From positions 72,876,203 to 72,940,202 of the forward strand of contig NC_068983.1 in NCBI RefSeq assembly GCF_001194135.2: a stretch of 64,000 nt of DNA, in the 5' to 3' direction. A program made the translations under genes and the position numbers. This stretch comes from Octopus bimaculoides. Its lineage: Eukaryota. Positions 15,301 through 29,200 of the stretch are shown here, one piece after another. Position 1 is the first letter of the stretch. The number at the start of each line of letters is the position of its first letter. The notes under the pieces are model-generated. The model made no database searches and was not told where the DNA came from. It saw only the letters and a list, made by a program, of their open reading frames with translations.

Positions 15301-16206
15301 GGCAAGTGCCTTCTACAAAAGCCTTGGGACTGACCAAAGCCTTTTGAGTGGATTTGGTAGACAGAAACTGAAAGCTCGTCGTATGTGTGAATGTGTTTGT
15401 TTGTCTCCCACTACTGCTTGACAACCAGTGTTGGTGTGTTTACATCCCCATAACTTAGCAGTTCTGCAAAAGAGAATGATAGCATAAGTACCAGGCTTTA
15501 AAAAAATAAGTACTCGGGTCAGTCATTTGACTGAAAGTTCTTCAAGGCAATGCCCCGGCATGGCCACAGTCTAATGCCTGAAACCAGCAAAAGAAAGAAA
15601 ATACATTCTTAATCTGTTTTTGAAGTAAAGATAGAATTTTTTTTTTTTTATACGTACCTTTATTATGATAGAATTGTTTTGACAAAGAGAATTAACAACA
15701 CTTTGCCCTATTAGTACAGAAAATGTCATTGAAAATACAATGTTAAATTCATCTTAAGAATGAATTGATGTAGTCATTTTCTTGCTATTATTTTATTTGT
15801 TTATTTTTCAGATCTACAACTGGAGGTCAATAGATGGTGTTATTAGTGAATTCGACACAAATGTATGGAAAATTCCAGAGTAAGTATCTTAAAGTGTAAA
15901 GAGGGTAGGAAGAGGGAGATGCAGTGAGGATGTTGAGAAGGGAGGAACCTGGTACATCAGATGACCAGTGTTAGAAGTAGGACATGACTTATTAGGCATG
16001 GCAGGTCACTTTGCAACCATGTGGTTTTGGGTTCAATCCTATTGAGTGGCACCTGGAGCAACTCTCTTCTGTTATAGCTCCAGTCTGACCAGTACCTTAT
16101 GAGTGAATTTGGTAAACAGAGACTGTGAGGAAACCCATTATATATGCACATATACACACACACATATATATATAAAAAATTTGCCCTGTTTATAATTATA
16201 CCATGT

Positions 16207-16283
<77 letters not shown>

Positions 16284-17914
16284 TACACACACACATACAC
16301 ACATATATACATATATCATCATTTAACATCCGCTTTCCATGCTGGCATGGGTTGGACGGTTTGACTGGGGCTGGCAAGCCAGAAGGCTGCACCAGGCTCC
16401 AATCTGATCTGGCAAAGTTTCTACAGCTGGATGTCCTTCCTAATGCCAACCACTCCGAGAGTGTAGTGGGTGCTTTTTACGTGCCACCGGCATGAGGGCC
16501 AGTCAGGCGGTACTGGCGTCGAACACACTTGAATGGTGCCTTTTACGTGCCACCTGCACAGGACCAGTCAGGCAGCACTGGCATCAACCACATTGAAATG
16601 GTGCTTTTTACGTGCTACTGGCATGGATACCAATCAGGCAGTATTGACATCGGCCACAACAATGACTTCACTTGACTCAACAGATCTTCGCAAGTGCAGT
16701 TTATTGCCCAGTGATTGAAAGCTACTCTTAAATGGGCTGATTATGCTGCAAGACATAGGCCATGGGCTATGGTCTCACTTGGCTTGTCAGGTCTTCTCAA
16801 GCACAGCATATCTCCAAAGGTCTCGGTCACTTGTTACCGCCTCAGTGAGGCCCAACGTTCAAAGGTTGTGCTTCACCATCTCATCCCAGGTCTTCCTGGG
16901 TCTACCTCTTCCACAGGTCTTGTGAGGCAATCCTCAAACTTGCCTATGTGGTTTGGAGCATCCGGTGGGCCATATGTATTGCATATGACTATATTGTGTT
17001 GTCTTATGTATACAATTAGAGTGTCACATACTGAATTTGAGTATGACAGTAAGACCTGGGGCATGAGGTCATCACAGATGTATACAGCACTTCCACTATG
17101 GTTCCTTTCCCTTCTGTCTGTTCGCAGTATGGCATATTTTGGTACGTGTACTTCTGCATCCTCTATAACAGGGCCGAGGTGAGTTTCCACGAGTGCTATG
17201 CATAGGGCTTGATTGCATGTAGCTAGGTCTCTCATGAAAGAAATTTTGCTTTTATTATGATGCAACAGGCCCCTAATAGTTAGTAAAAATATTGGCATGG
17301 TGACTGTGCAGGCCACAGAGGTGGTCTTGCGCAGTGGTGGGCAAAGTTCCTTGTTTGCGCTTGATGTAGTTATATATTATATGCATAAATGTCAAACAAG
17401 AATGAGTGCTCAATACCGCATTGGTGGATAAAATTTCTTTATTTGTGTATTAAGGCTACCATTGGTTTCATGTTAAAAACATCTTAATGTCTTAACATGA
17501 AACCAGTGGTAGACTTCATACACAAATATATATAGGCATAGGAGTGGCTGTGTGTTAAGAACTTTACTTCCCAATCACATGGTTTCAGCATCAATCCACT
17601 GCATAGCACCTTCAGCAAATGTCTTCTATTATAGCCCCAGATTGACCAAAACCTTGTGAGTGGATTTGACAAACAGAAACTGAAAGAAGCCCATCATATA
17701 AATACTCTTATACTTGTTTCAGTCATTTGACTGCGGCCATGCTGGAGCACCGCCTTTAGTCAAGCAAGTCGACCCCAGGACTTACTCTTTGTAAGCCTAA
17801 TACTTATTCTATCAGTCTCTTTTTGCCGAACTGCTAAGTTATGGGGATGTAAACACACCAACATCAGTTGTCAAGCGATGTTGGGGGGGGACAAACACAG
17901 ACACACAAACATAT

Positions 17915-17945
<31 letters not shown>

Positions 17946-20900
17946 CGACAGGCTTCTTTCAGTTTCCGTCTACCAAATCCACTCACAAGGCTTTGGTCAA
18001 CCCGAGGCTATAGTAGAAGACACTTGCCCAAGGTGCCACGCAGTGGGACTGAACCCAGAACCATGTGATTGGTAAGCAAGCTACTTACCACACAGCCACT
18101 CCTACGCCTATATATATATATGTATATTTAGAAGTCACAATATTTAAAGAAAGATTTTTTTTTTTAAGTTGTTAAATATTTTTTTAATTATTCAAAAAAC
18201 AGAATATCACAAGCCTTTAGGGAAACATTTTCATATAGTGTGTGTTTTGTGTGTAAGCACTTTCATTGTTCAACTTTAGAAATACACATGAATATGCATA
18301 CACACAAAATATACACTGTATGCAGACTTCTTCCCCAAAAGTTTGTGACATTCTGGCTTTTAGATAATTTTTTTAAATAGTTAATAACTTTGATTATAAG
18401 TTTATTCAATTATTGTCAATTTGGGACTAAACAACACCCTCTCCTTTTCAGAGATATGCTTATGTAATATAATAGTATTATCTATTAACCTATATTAAAA
18501 ATTCCTACCCAGAACATACAAGCTAATGAAATAATCCTCATTTGTACTGAATAATGCCCCAGGATTGCTTGCAGCAGTACACTGAGCAGCTGCACTATTG
18601 TATCTTTTTATAGCTAAGCAGTTAACTGAGTCATTAAGCATTATATATCTCTATAGAATATCTCAGCTTGTCTAATTTAAATTCAAAATATTAAATGCAA
18701 AGTTTAATTCCCTTTATGAATCATGATCTGAAAGTCAGATCTGTAAAGTAAATATTTACTTTATACTGTTATTTTATATTGCACATCCTAACTTCCGTAA
18801 CACCTCCCTCTTTGGGATTTAGTTAAACTGATTCACAAAATCTGCATTTTTTTAAAAGGAAGTAAAAAAATCTGAAAATCAGCTATATTAATGTAGTTTT
18901 CCACTCTTATTGCTTTGAAGACATGATGTTGTGAAGAAAAAATTGGAAGAAAAAGTTACAGAGGTTTAAAAATCGAAAAAACTGTATTTTTAGCCAATAG
19001 CAAGACAGAAATTTTCTGTTTAGTGGTGTCAACTTTAAGGTTGTACCCTTGTGAAATTTATAGTTTAGCGTCTGTGAAGTGACCGTTCATTGTAGGTTTC
19101 TAAATAAACGGAAATACCTAATAAAATCAACATGTATCATCTTACTGTTTCTTTTGTCTCTTCATTGATTTCTATAGTGTTTTGTATGTTTTTATTAATT
19201 TGTTATATTAATATATTTGTCTGCATATGTTTACTTTATGCTATTTCAGTATTATGTATACCTGTTATGTATGTGTGCATCATTAATATATAAGTGCATG
19301 TGGATGTATGTATTCATATATAAGTTTATATGTTCATTTATGCATTCGTGTGTGTGTGTGTGTGAAAAGGAGACGTCTCTCTCCAAAATTCCAAAGTTGA
19401 GTAATGTTTTTATGCTTGGACTTGTAAATTACGATAAGAATAACACTGGTCAATAAAGAATTTGTCCCAAGAAAAAGAATACCTGTATCCTTTACGTTTT
19501 TGCATGCAGAATCCAAAAATAATGTCAAATTATCTGTATCACCCACAGTTTCTCTGTTCCACGATATCCCCCTCAGTTCTTGTTACGTGGGCTAAATTTC
19601 AGTTAGGCTGTTGAAATGTGAAGCTAACAGTTTGAGAAACACTCCTAATTTAAATGTTTATGAATAGAATTAACCTAATGAAATCATAAATCCAGCTATC
19701 TGAGTCAATGTGTCCCTGAAGCTTAGCAATACCGAGTCGATGAGTCACCGATGCTTTGTCAGTACTGTGCTTGAAGTGTAGGTGTGCAGTTGTGTACTAA
19801 GTTCACATATTCCATTCACTTTCATGATGCCAAAAAACTGTATAAACATTGCAAACAACTTTTGCTATATTTGTGGTGACTTAAGATTCAAGTCACAAAG
19901 GCAGCGTTTCATGCTATTGATAAAAAGTGCTATGTGCATTATTTTGATTGCAAAGTGGGTGACCAGGATAAAAGCTGGGCCAGGTGAAATGAATCTCGTG
20001 GTGTGAAGAATCAACACAGAACGTGCAGCACAAACGCAGGTGAAGTGAAACACAACACAGCATGCAGTTGTCATAGTAACAAGCTGTTAATGCCTTGCTG
20101 TCTGTTGATTGGCTAAAATTACCCAAATTTCCTAACTTTAATTCCAAATAACATCAAAGTAATTGGTTGATCATAATCAAAATTCAGAGTTGCATCGATA
20201 CACCAAAATTGAAAGCAATCTGAGCAAAATTAAAGGGGGCTGATTTTGTGAATCAGTTTAACTAGATTCTCTCTTTGCTTCAGGAAATGTGATTATCTTT
20301 TGTTAAAGGTTACTGACAGATTTTATACCTTTTTAAAAAATTTTTGTTTTTTTCTTTTTGATAGTGCATATTAGAATTTAGAGTACTGAAGATAACCAAC
20401 GATGATTAACTACCTTGCCTTGGAAGCCTTTTATTATAGTAATATAAGTAAATAAGTAGCAAGTATTGATGGAATTGACTTACTGTACCTTTCAAAATGC
20501 CTAATAAAAAATTATTAGTATTTATTTGGCTTTTAGCTAACAAGGTTTCCACTGTGTATTTCTAACCTTCTCAGTGGCAATCCACCTATGCTGCTCATGG
20601 CATCCACCAGAGACCATATTAAAGTGATTATACTTAGATTAAAATCAATATTGAAATTACATTATTGCTGGAATGAAAACATAAGATTTCCATCAGTAAA
20701 TACATCATCATCATCATCATCGTTTAACGTCCGCTTTCCATGCTAGCATGGGTTGGACGATTTGACTGAGGACTGGTGAAACCAGATGGCTACACTAGGC
20801 TCCAATCTGATTTGGCAGAGTTTCTACAGCTCGATGCCCCTCCTAACGCCAACCACTCAGAGAGTGTAGTGAGTGCTTTTACATGCCACTGGCACGAAGG

Positions 20901-23900
20901 CCAGTCAGGTGGTACTGGCAACAGCCACGCTCAAAATGGTGTATTTTATGTGCCACCCGCACAAGAGCCAGTCCAGGGGCACTGGCAACGATCTCACTCG
21001 AAAATCCTTACACATGTCACGGGCACATTAGTCTTATTAAGTTATGCTCCATTAAATAAGATACATTTATTTTACTACATTACTTCTCACTTTTGATTGC
21101 TTTGAAAATAAATTAATATACATTAAACATATCTTATGTGTTTCGTATATATCAATTTATTCTTGTTAGAAATATAGCTGTAAAAAATCTAAGTGACTTC
21201 ACAATAATGGCTAGAATTTCTCAGCTAAAATCTATTGTCTACAATGTCAAAACCTTAATGATAATCTCACATTATTTGCTCAATTCATGTTATGTCTTAA
21301 TTGTATTCTCTTTCAATATTTGTTTCTAGACTGAAAGGCACTGTAACTGCTATAACATCTATGCAAGAAAACCTATTTGCTTGTGCTGCTGAAGTGCCAT
21401 TAGAATCTCTGTGTAAAACAAAAGACATGTTTGTGGTTCCAGGTAAGTATTTTACATTATAAGCCATCATGATTCTCATTATCAATCTAATATACAATTT
21501 TCCTCACTAACATGACCTAGGCAGATTTTCAAGGTCCTACATTTGTCATAAGTTGAACCTGACTTTGTAAACTCCATTACTTTATTTTAATTACAGGATA
21601 GGAGCATTAAGTAGTGATGTGTATAACTGCAATGTTATGGCCAATTCAAATATGCTAACAGCACATTCAAACTCATAAACAAGCCATTCACTGTCATGGA
21701 GAAAATTTCTCACTGTAGACAAATGGTATAAATACACCTAAATCAGCTCACAGCACCATCTATCCAGACTGTGAAATGCGAACATTTCAGACTGGTTATC
21801 TCCTCTTCAGTCACAGAAACCGGATGGAGGTGCTGCAAGCTGATAAGAGACACAATCTCTCTTACGCTAATCCAGTTATCATATGTCAGCTGGTGTATTT
21901 ATACCATTTGTCTACAAGGAGAAATTTTCTCCATGACAAAACATAGTGAATAGCTTGTTTGAGTTTGAATGTGCCACTGGCATATTCGAACTGATAATAA
22001 CATTGCACTTTATTTTAAGTATACTATCAACTAAGAGCACATTTTTACTCACAAATACACAAACACATATTGTCCAATTACAGTACATAAAATTCCCAAC
22101 TCAGTTGTCTCTCTTCTATCATACCTAGGTCATTCATTCATTGTCTCAGTTTATATGATATTTCTCAAATTCACATTACAAAACATTAATTTTGCACAAC
22201 TAGCTATATTCTCACTCTTAGGTTTCTGTTAATAATGTGTTTGGATATTTGAAGTGGTTTTATAATACTCTCCTATAACTACAATTTGAGTAAATTTTGA
22301 TTTCTGACAAAGGCACAAGGTCACAAATTTTAGGGAATGATGGGTATAGTTGATTAAATTGACCCCCATACATGGCTAGTATTGTGTCATGATTTACAAC
22401 TATATAGCTAAGAATTCTTCTTAACTGAGGAGTTATTATAAACACTGTCAGTCATTCCTATACTTGCTGTTTTCTATAAAGACACAGCAGACTATGAGCA
22501 TTATGGCTGTGAACTTAGGATGTTGGGCTATTGACCAAATACTCATGTATTCAAATCTTACAAGTGTTATTGTTTTAGAGAGGGACTTATTCCCATTATT
22601 AGGCTAGTGTACCAGACTAGATAAAGGAAAACAGAATCCACTCCTATTTAGCTGTTTTATTCAGAAGCCAGGCAGCACTCATGACCTTTGTGACTTCTTG
22701 GCAGGGGTGGAGTTCACTCTTTGTGCTACATCTTCATGGGTCAAGGCACAAAAAGTGAACTGCACAAAAAGTACCCCATTGTCAGGTGTTGATTTGAAAA
22801 GGGATCACCTTTTCAAAGTCTGCCATGTCTGGTGTCTAGCTATGAAATCAATGGCTTCAACTGGTACATATCATCCCACACAAGCAAAAACTGGGATGGG
22901 GTGGGGATAGATGTCAACTTGAGGCCTGATCTAATGACAACACTTGATTTTCTGATAAATTCAATAATTATTTGAAGATATACTTTTAATTTTATGGACA
23001 GTGACTTCAAAGTTTTGCTAGTCATCAGCAGACTGCCTAAAGATAAAAAGTATCAAATTTGTATTCAAGTCAATCTTTATACAATATTCAGCAGGCATTG
23101 AACTTTAAAAATGTGTCTTTATTCTTTTAGCCCTTATATTTTCTGAAATATTTCATCTGGAGTTTTTAAGAGCCAAATTGATCTTATTTTTAATACTGAC
23201 ACTTCACTAGACACAGGCATGGCTCTGTGGTAAGAAGTTTGGTTCACAACTTCATGATTCTGGGTTCAAAGTGTAACACTCTTGGGCAAGTATCTTCTAA
23301 AGCCCCAGGCCAACCAAAGCCTTGTGAGTGGATTTGATAGATGGAAACTGAAAAAAGCCCATTGTGTGTGTGTGTATGTATACATGTGTGTGTGTGTGTT
23401 TGTCCCCACCATTGCTTGACAACTTGTGTTGGTTTGTTTCCATCCTTGTGATTTAGTGGCTCAGCAAAAGCAACTTACAGTATAAGTACCAGTCTTATAA
23501 AAATAGTAATGGGGTCGAGTTGTTCAACTACAAACCTTTCAAGGTGGTACCACAGCATAGTTGCAGTCTAATGACTGAAACTTAAAAAATAAAAGATTTA
23601 CTATTAATATAAAAACATCACATACTTTAAGTAATAAATGGTACCCTAACAGTTACAATGATGAGGGTTTCAGTTGAAATTAACATACAAGTCGCTGAGC
23701 ACTCCACAGACATGCACACCATTAATGTAGTTTACAGGGTGATTCAGCATGACACAGAATGTGACAAGGCCAGCCCTTTGAATTGCAGGTACAACCCATA
23801 TTTGCTAACTGAGTGGATTGGAGCAACATGAAATAAAGTGTCTTGCTCAAGGACGCAACACACCACCAGGAATTGAACTCACAACCTTGCGAACGTGAGT

Positions 23901-24908
23901 TGATTACCCTAACCACTAATCCATGCTCAGATAAAGAGAAATAATATTAAGCGCAGGAGTGGCTGTGTGGTAAGTAGCTTGCTTACCAACCACACGGTTC
24001 TGGGTTCATTCCCACTGCATGGCACCTTGGGCAAGTGTCTTATACTATAGCCTCAGGCCGACCAAAGCCTTGTGTGTGGATTTGGTAGACGGAAACTGAA
24101 AGAAGCCCGCCGTATATATGTTTGTGTGTCTGTGTTTGTCCCCCCAACATCGCTTGACAACCGATGGTGGTGTGTTTACGTCCCCGTAACTTAGCGGTTC
24201 GGCAAAAGAGACCGATAGAATAAGTACTAGGCTTCCAAAGAATAAGTCCTGGGGTCGATTTGCTCGACTAAAGGCAGTGCCCCAGTATGGCCGCAGTCAA
24301 ATGACTGAAACAAGTAAAAGAGTATCAGGTGCAAGGGAGTTAACAAATATTGCCTTGATATCTCTGTAAGCATAGAAGGTGAGAAACATCTGAAAAAAAA
24401 AAATGACATGTCCAAAGAAGTAGCAGGTATTAAGATAATTTCTGTAGCTAGATTTTCAACTACTTCATTACATGAACTGTGATCATTGTCAAATTGAAGA
24501 AATTGAATTTTATTATAAGAACTATCATTAACCTCATCTATTTGTCATAGATTTTGTTATATATTGTATCACTCTTAAAAAAGAATTATTATATCTGAGC
24601 CTGACTCCAAAACTATTGCTTATTGCAATTTGAGTTATTGAAATAAACTTGTAAAGTTGGATGCTCTTATTATACCATGGAACAGGAATGATGTAGATAT
24701 CAGTTACTCTGTCTCATATATATATATATATCTTTTATCTTTTTCATTCATCAGACTGCAGCCATGCCTTGAAATGTTTTAGCTGAATAAATCAACTCCA
24801 GTACTTTTTTTTTGTTATGCCTGGTATTTATTCAAACCATCTCTTGCCAAACCGCTAAGTTGCAGGAATGTATTGTCAAGCTGTGGTGGGAGACAAACAC
24901 AGACACAA

Positions 24909-24943
<35 letters not shown>

Positions 24944-25033
24944 ATGGGCTTCTTTCAGTTTTTGTCAATCAAATCCACTCACAAGACTTTGGTCAATCCT
25001 AGGGTATAGTGGGACTGAACCCCAAACTATGTG

Positions 25034-25086
<53 letters not shown>

Positions 25087-26240
25087 ATATATATGTATGT
25101 ATCTATCTATACACACACACACATCATCATCATCATCATTTAACATCCCCTTTTCCAAGCTGGCATGGGTTGAATGGTTTGACAAGAACAGATGAGCCAG
25201 ATGATGATGATTTTATATATATACTAGACTACCCATGATCCAATCGTTCAAGGTACCTGTGGTCCGATTCATGCAAAACTGGTTTTATTCCATTTGTATT
25301 CATATTTCAATGATACCTTGTGTTCACAGTAAAGGGCAATAACTCCAGGTTTCACTGCTTAAATTTGTGGAAACAAACCCCCCAAAAATGCACATCTCTG
25401 GAATCCATGGTCCGATTTATACAAAACTTGTTTTATCCTGCTTGTATTCACATTTCAGGGATATCTTACTCTCAGAGTGTTTTCTCATTATGCGCTGGTT
25501 TGGCTGTATTAAATTACACAAGCAAGCAATCACAGACTTTTAGTATTATATAGATATCTATAATAATAAATGCAAAAGTGAATGTCTGTGTCATACTTTT
25601 TCAACTTTACTCCTCCGACCCCCTTCTCTCACTATTCAGTAGCACTTCTACTATTCCTCATGCTTTACCCCTCTCTCCTCTCACTATTCAATTACACTTC
25701 TACTATTCCTCATGCTTTACCCCTTTCTTACTATTCAATGACACTTCTAGCTGTATCAAGTAATTTAACCATAACACGTGTTTCATAATATTTAAACTGA
25801 AATATGTATTGAACCCACTCTCTCATACAATATTACTTCTCATAACTCTCTACCATAAAAATGTTGGAAACTTAGTATTTTTTCAGATATTGATAAAATT
25901 TGTTGGACCTATTTGTATGCCATCGGCCATCAGAGCTATGGAAACTTAATGCATTCCAACTGCATGAAAATAGATTTGACTAATTTTATTATTACCTTAA
26001 AAAATACTAATTCTACTCTCTAAAAAAAGTTTTTTTCTTAATCCTAACATTTTGGAAAAAATATTTCTCTAGGTGCAGGAGTGTCTGTGTGGTAAGTAGC
26101 TTGCTTACCAACCACATGGTTCCAGGTTCAGTTCCACTGCATGGCACCATGGGCAAGTGTCTTCTACTATAGCTTTGGGCCGACCAAAGCCTTGTGAGTG
26201 GATTTGGTAGACAGAAACTGAAAGAAGCCCGTCATATATA

Positions 26241-26281
<41 letters not shown>

Positions 26282-29200
26282 ATGTATGTATGTGCATGTG
26301 TATATGTTTGTGTGTCTGTGTTTGTCCCCCCAACATCACTTGACAACCGTTGCTGGTATGTTTACGTCCCCGTAACTTAGCGGTTCGGCAAAATAGACCA
26401 ATAAAATAAGTACTAGGATTACAAAGAATAAGTCCTGGGGTCGATTTGCTCAACTAAAGGCGGTGCTCCAGCATGGCCACAGTCAAATGACTGAAACAAG
26501 TAAAAGAGTAAATATTATAACTATTTCCAAAAGTAATTTCCAAAATAAACATTTTGAAAAATTCTGACACATGCTTCATAATGTTCAGAACTGAAACCCA
26601 TATTGAACTCACTCTCTCATGCAGTATTACCTCTCATAACTCTCTACCATAAAAATGTTCGAAGCTTAGTATTTTTTTCAGATATTAATAAAATTTGTCA
26701 GACCTATTTTCATGCCACCAGAGTTATAGATACTTAGTGCACTTCGACTGCATGAAAATAGATTCAACTAATTTTATTATTACCTTAAAAAATACTAAAA
26801 ATACTAAATTTCAAACATATTTATTGTCAAATACATTTAGAGCAATTCCAAACCATAAAAATCGCACTTTAAAATATTGTTTAGCAACAGTGATGTAATT
26901 TTCCTTCAAACTACAAACAGGAGTTTATATACGTACCAGCTACTACAGATAATTGTTTGTATGAAAAGTAAGACCCTACATACATCAAATTGTCTTTAAA
27001 TTAAGTGGTGGCAGAAGAATTATCGTTGAATTTTTAGAAGGTAAGTTTATTGTTGCCCACAGCCAGCTATAGGGAATGGAAACAAGCTATTTGTACTGAA
27101 CCTGCACAGGAAAACAAAAAATGTTGTTTATCATACAGCATTGCCATAAGTTCCAAATCAACAAATTATATCATTGTTTTGATGAAAATTGTTCATTGCT
27201 TGAAATAAAATTCAAGTTCAATAAAATTTAATTTAAATGCATGAAGTGTCATTGTTGGGCCCAAGGCCCACTGAAGTGCCCTTTACAGGGGCTAGCTTTT
27301 AAGCCAGTATATAATATATGTATAATACATATAATCATCATTATCATTTAACATCCACTTTTCCATGCTCACATGAGTTAGATGGGATTTTGTTAAAGCA
27401 AATTTTGTGCAGCCAGATGCCCTTCTTGTTGCCAACCTCCACTTGTGTCCAAGCTTTCATGTATTCAGATAAGTTTGCATGTTGTGAGAGAAAAGAAGAA
27501 TTTGACATTTTGGAATTAACTCTTTGTCAGAGAGAGATGGAACAAATTAATTTCATTCCCAAACTATCAGATTCCTTTTCTTCTTGCCGCATACAAATTT
27601 CTCAAACACCTGAACCACACAATACGATTTTTTACCAACAGAGGCTATCACCTTTTTACCCTGTTTTTTTTTTTTTAATTTACTTAATATTCATTTTGTT
27701 TGTTTTTTTATGTTTGCATGGTTGGATGGTCATTATTGAGGAATTTTGCTCTTATCTGCTTTACCCGAAGAAATTTCATTTTATTCCACTTCTCTTCAAA
27801 AGTACAGAGCCACAGGATGATTCATAATATATTACTATCTACCATATGTATATATATTCTACATTTGTGTTTGATAAGCATATGATTGGCATAAACAGAT
27901 TTGTAGTTTGATACAGGAATAGTATATTTTATGTTCAATGAAAAAAGAAAAGAAAAAATGCCTTATGGTCTATACTGTTGGTTTAATTAAATATTATATT
28001 GTATCAATCAAAAACGTAATGTACGAGTTTAATAATAAAAATCATTTTTGCCTTTCTTTCCATTTCAGAACCAAACAAAGTAAATTCATACAGCAATGAC
28101 AATGAGAAACAAATGCTTGAAACAACCAATCTAAACAAATTAATGAATCTCAAAAGAAGTTCTGAAGTAAACAATATAATTACATTACATATTTCTAAAA
28201 TATAAAAACATATTTATCATCATAAAAGGCTTAGTATGAGACTATCATTCAATGTGTTGTTGTTGCTATTATTATTATGAAGATGGTGAGATGGCAGAAT
28301 TGTTAGCTTGCCAGATAAAATGTCTAGCAGCATTTCACCCATCTTTATGATCTGAGTTCAAATTCCGCCAAGATTGACTTTGCTTTTCATCCTTTCAGGG
28401 TTGATAAAATGAATACCAGTTGAGCACTGGGGTCAATGTAATCAACTTATTCCCTCCCCTGAAACTGCTGGCCTTGTGCCAAAATTTGAAATTATCATTA
28501 TTATTATTATTATTACTACTACTACTACTTAGGCAGTGAGCTGGCAGAATCATTAGCATGCCAGGCAAGATGCTCAGCGGCATTTTGTCCATCTTTATGT
28601 TCTTAGTTCAGATTCTGCCATGGTCGACTTTGCCTTTCATCCTTTCAGGATCAACGAATAAGTTCTAGTTATGCACTGGGATCGATGCAATTGACTAGCC
28701 CTCTCCCCAAAAATTTCAGGCCTTGTGCCTAGTAGAAGTATCATACCAAACTGACCAGGACTTGTATGTTTTTAAGAAGTTTCTCTGAGATAAAGTATTA
28801 CAGCTATTGCCATTCTGCATGATAAATGTTATATTCATCAGTATTTTTTAAACTAATGCTATTTCAAATGCATATACTGAATTAATTTTAGCTTAACTAG
28901 CTTTTGCCAAATCAGTGAATGTTTTGTTTTCTGATTTCTTTATTTATTAGAATGAATATTTCAACTTAGCTCAGAATGTCCAAGGGTGTTTTGTCACTGA
29001 GGAAACACCATATCAATCAGATTGAAACACCATATCTGATAATCTACTGACAGTATTCTGAATGAGCTCTCTTTTTTAATACACAAATCTCTTTGAGAAG
29101 TTTCTCTGAGACAAAATATTTATTGATGCCATTCTGTGTTTCTATACAAATTATTATTTTAATCAAGTACTGATTCAACTGCATCTATTGATCTAATATA

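Noticed and set aside
23951-24030. tRNA-like heads (also 36432, 56584 and 63654)
   Set aside because: These are SINE 5' domains continuing into SINE bodies, not standalone tRNA genes.
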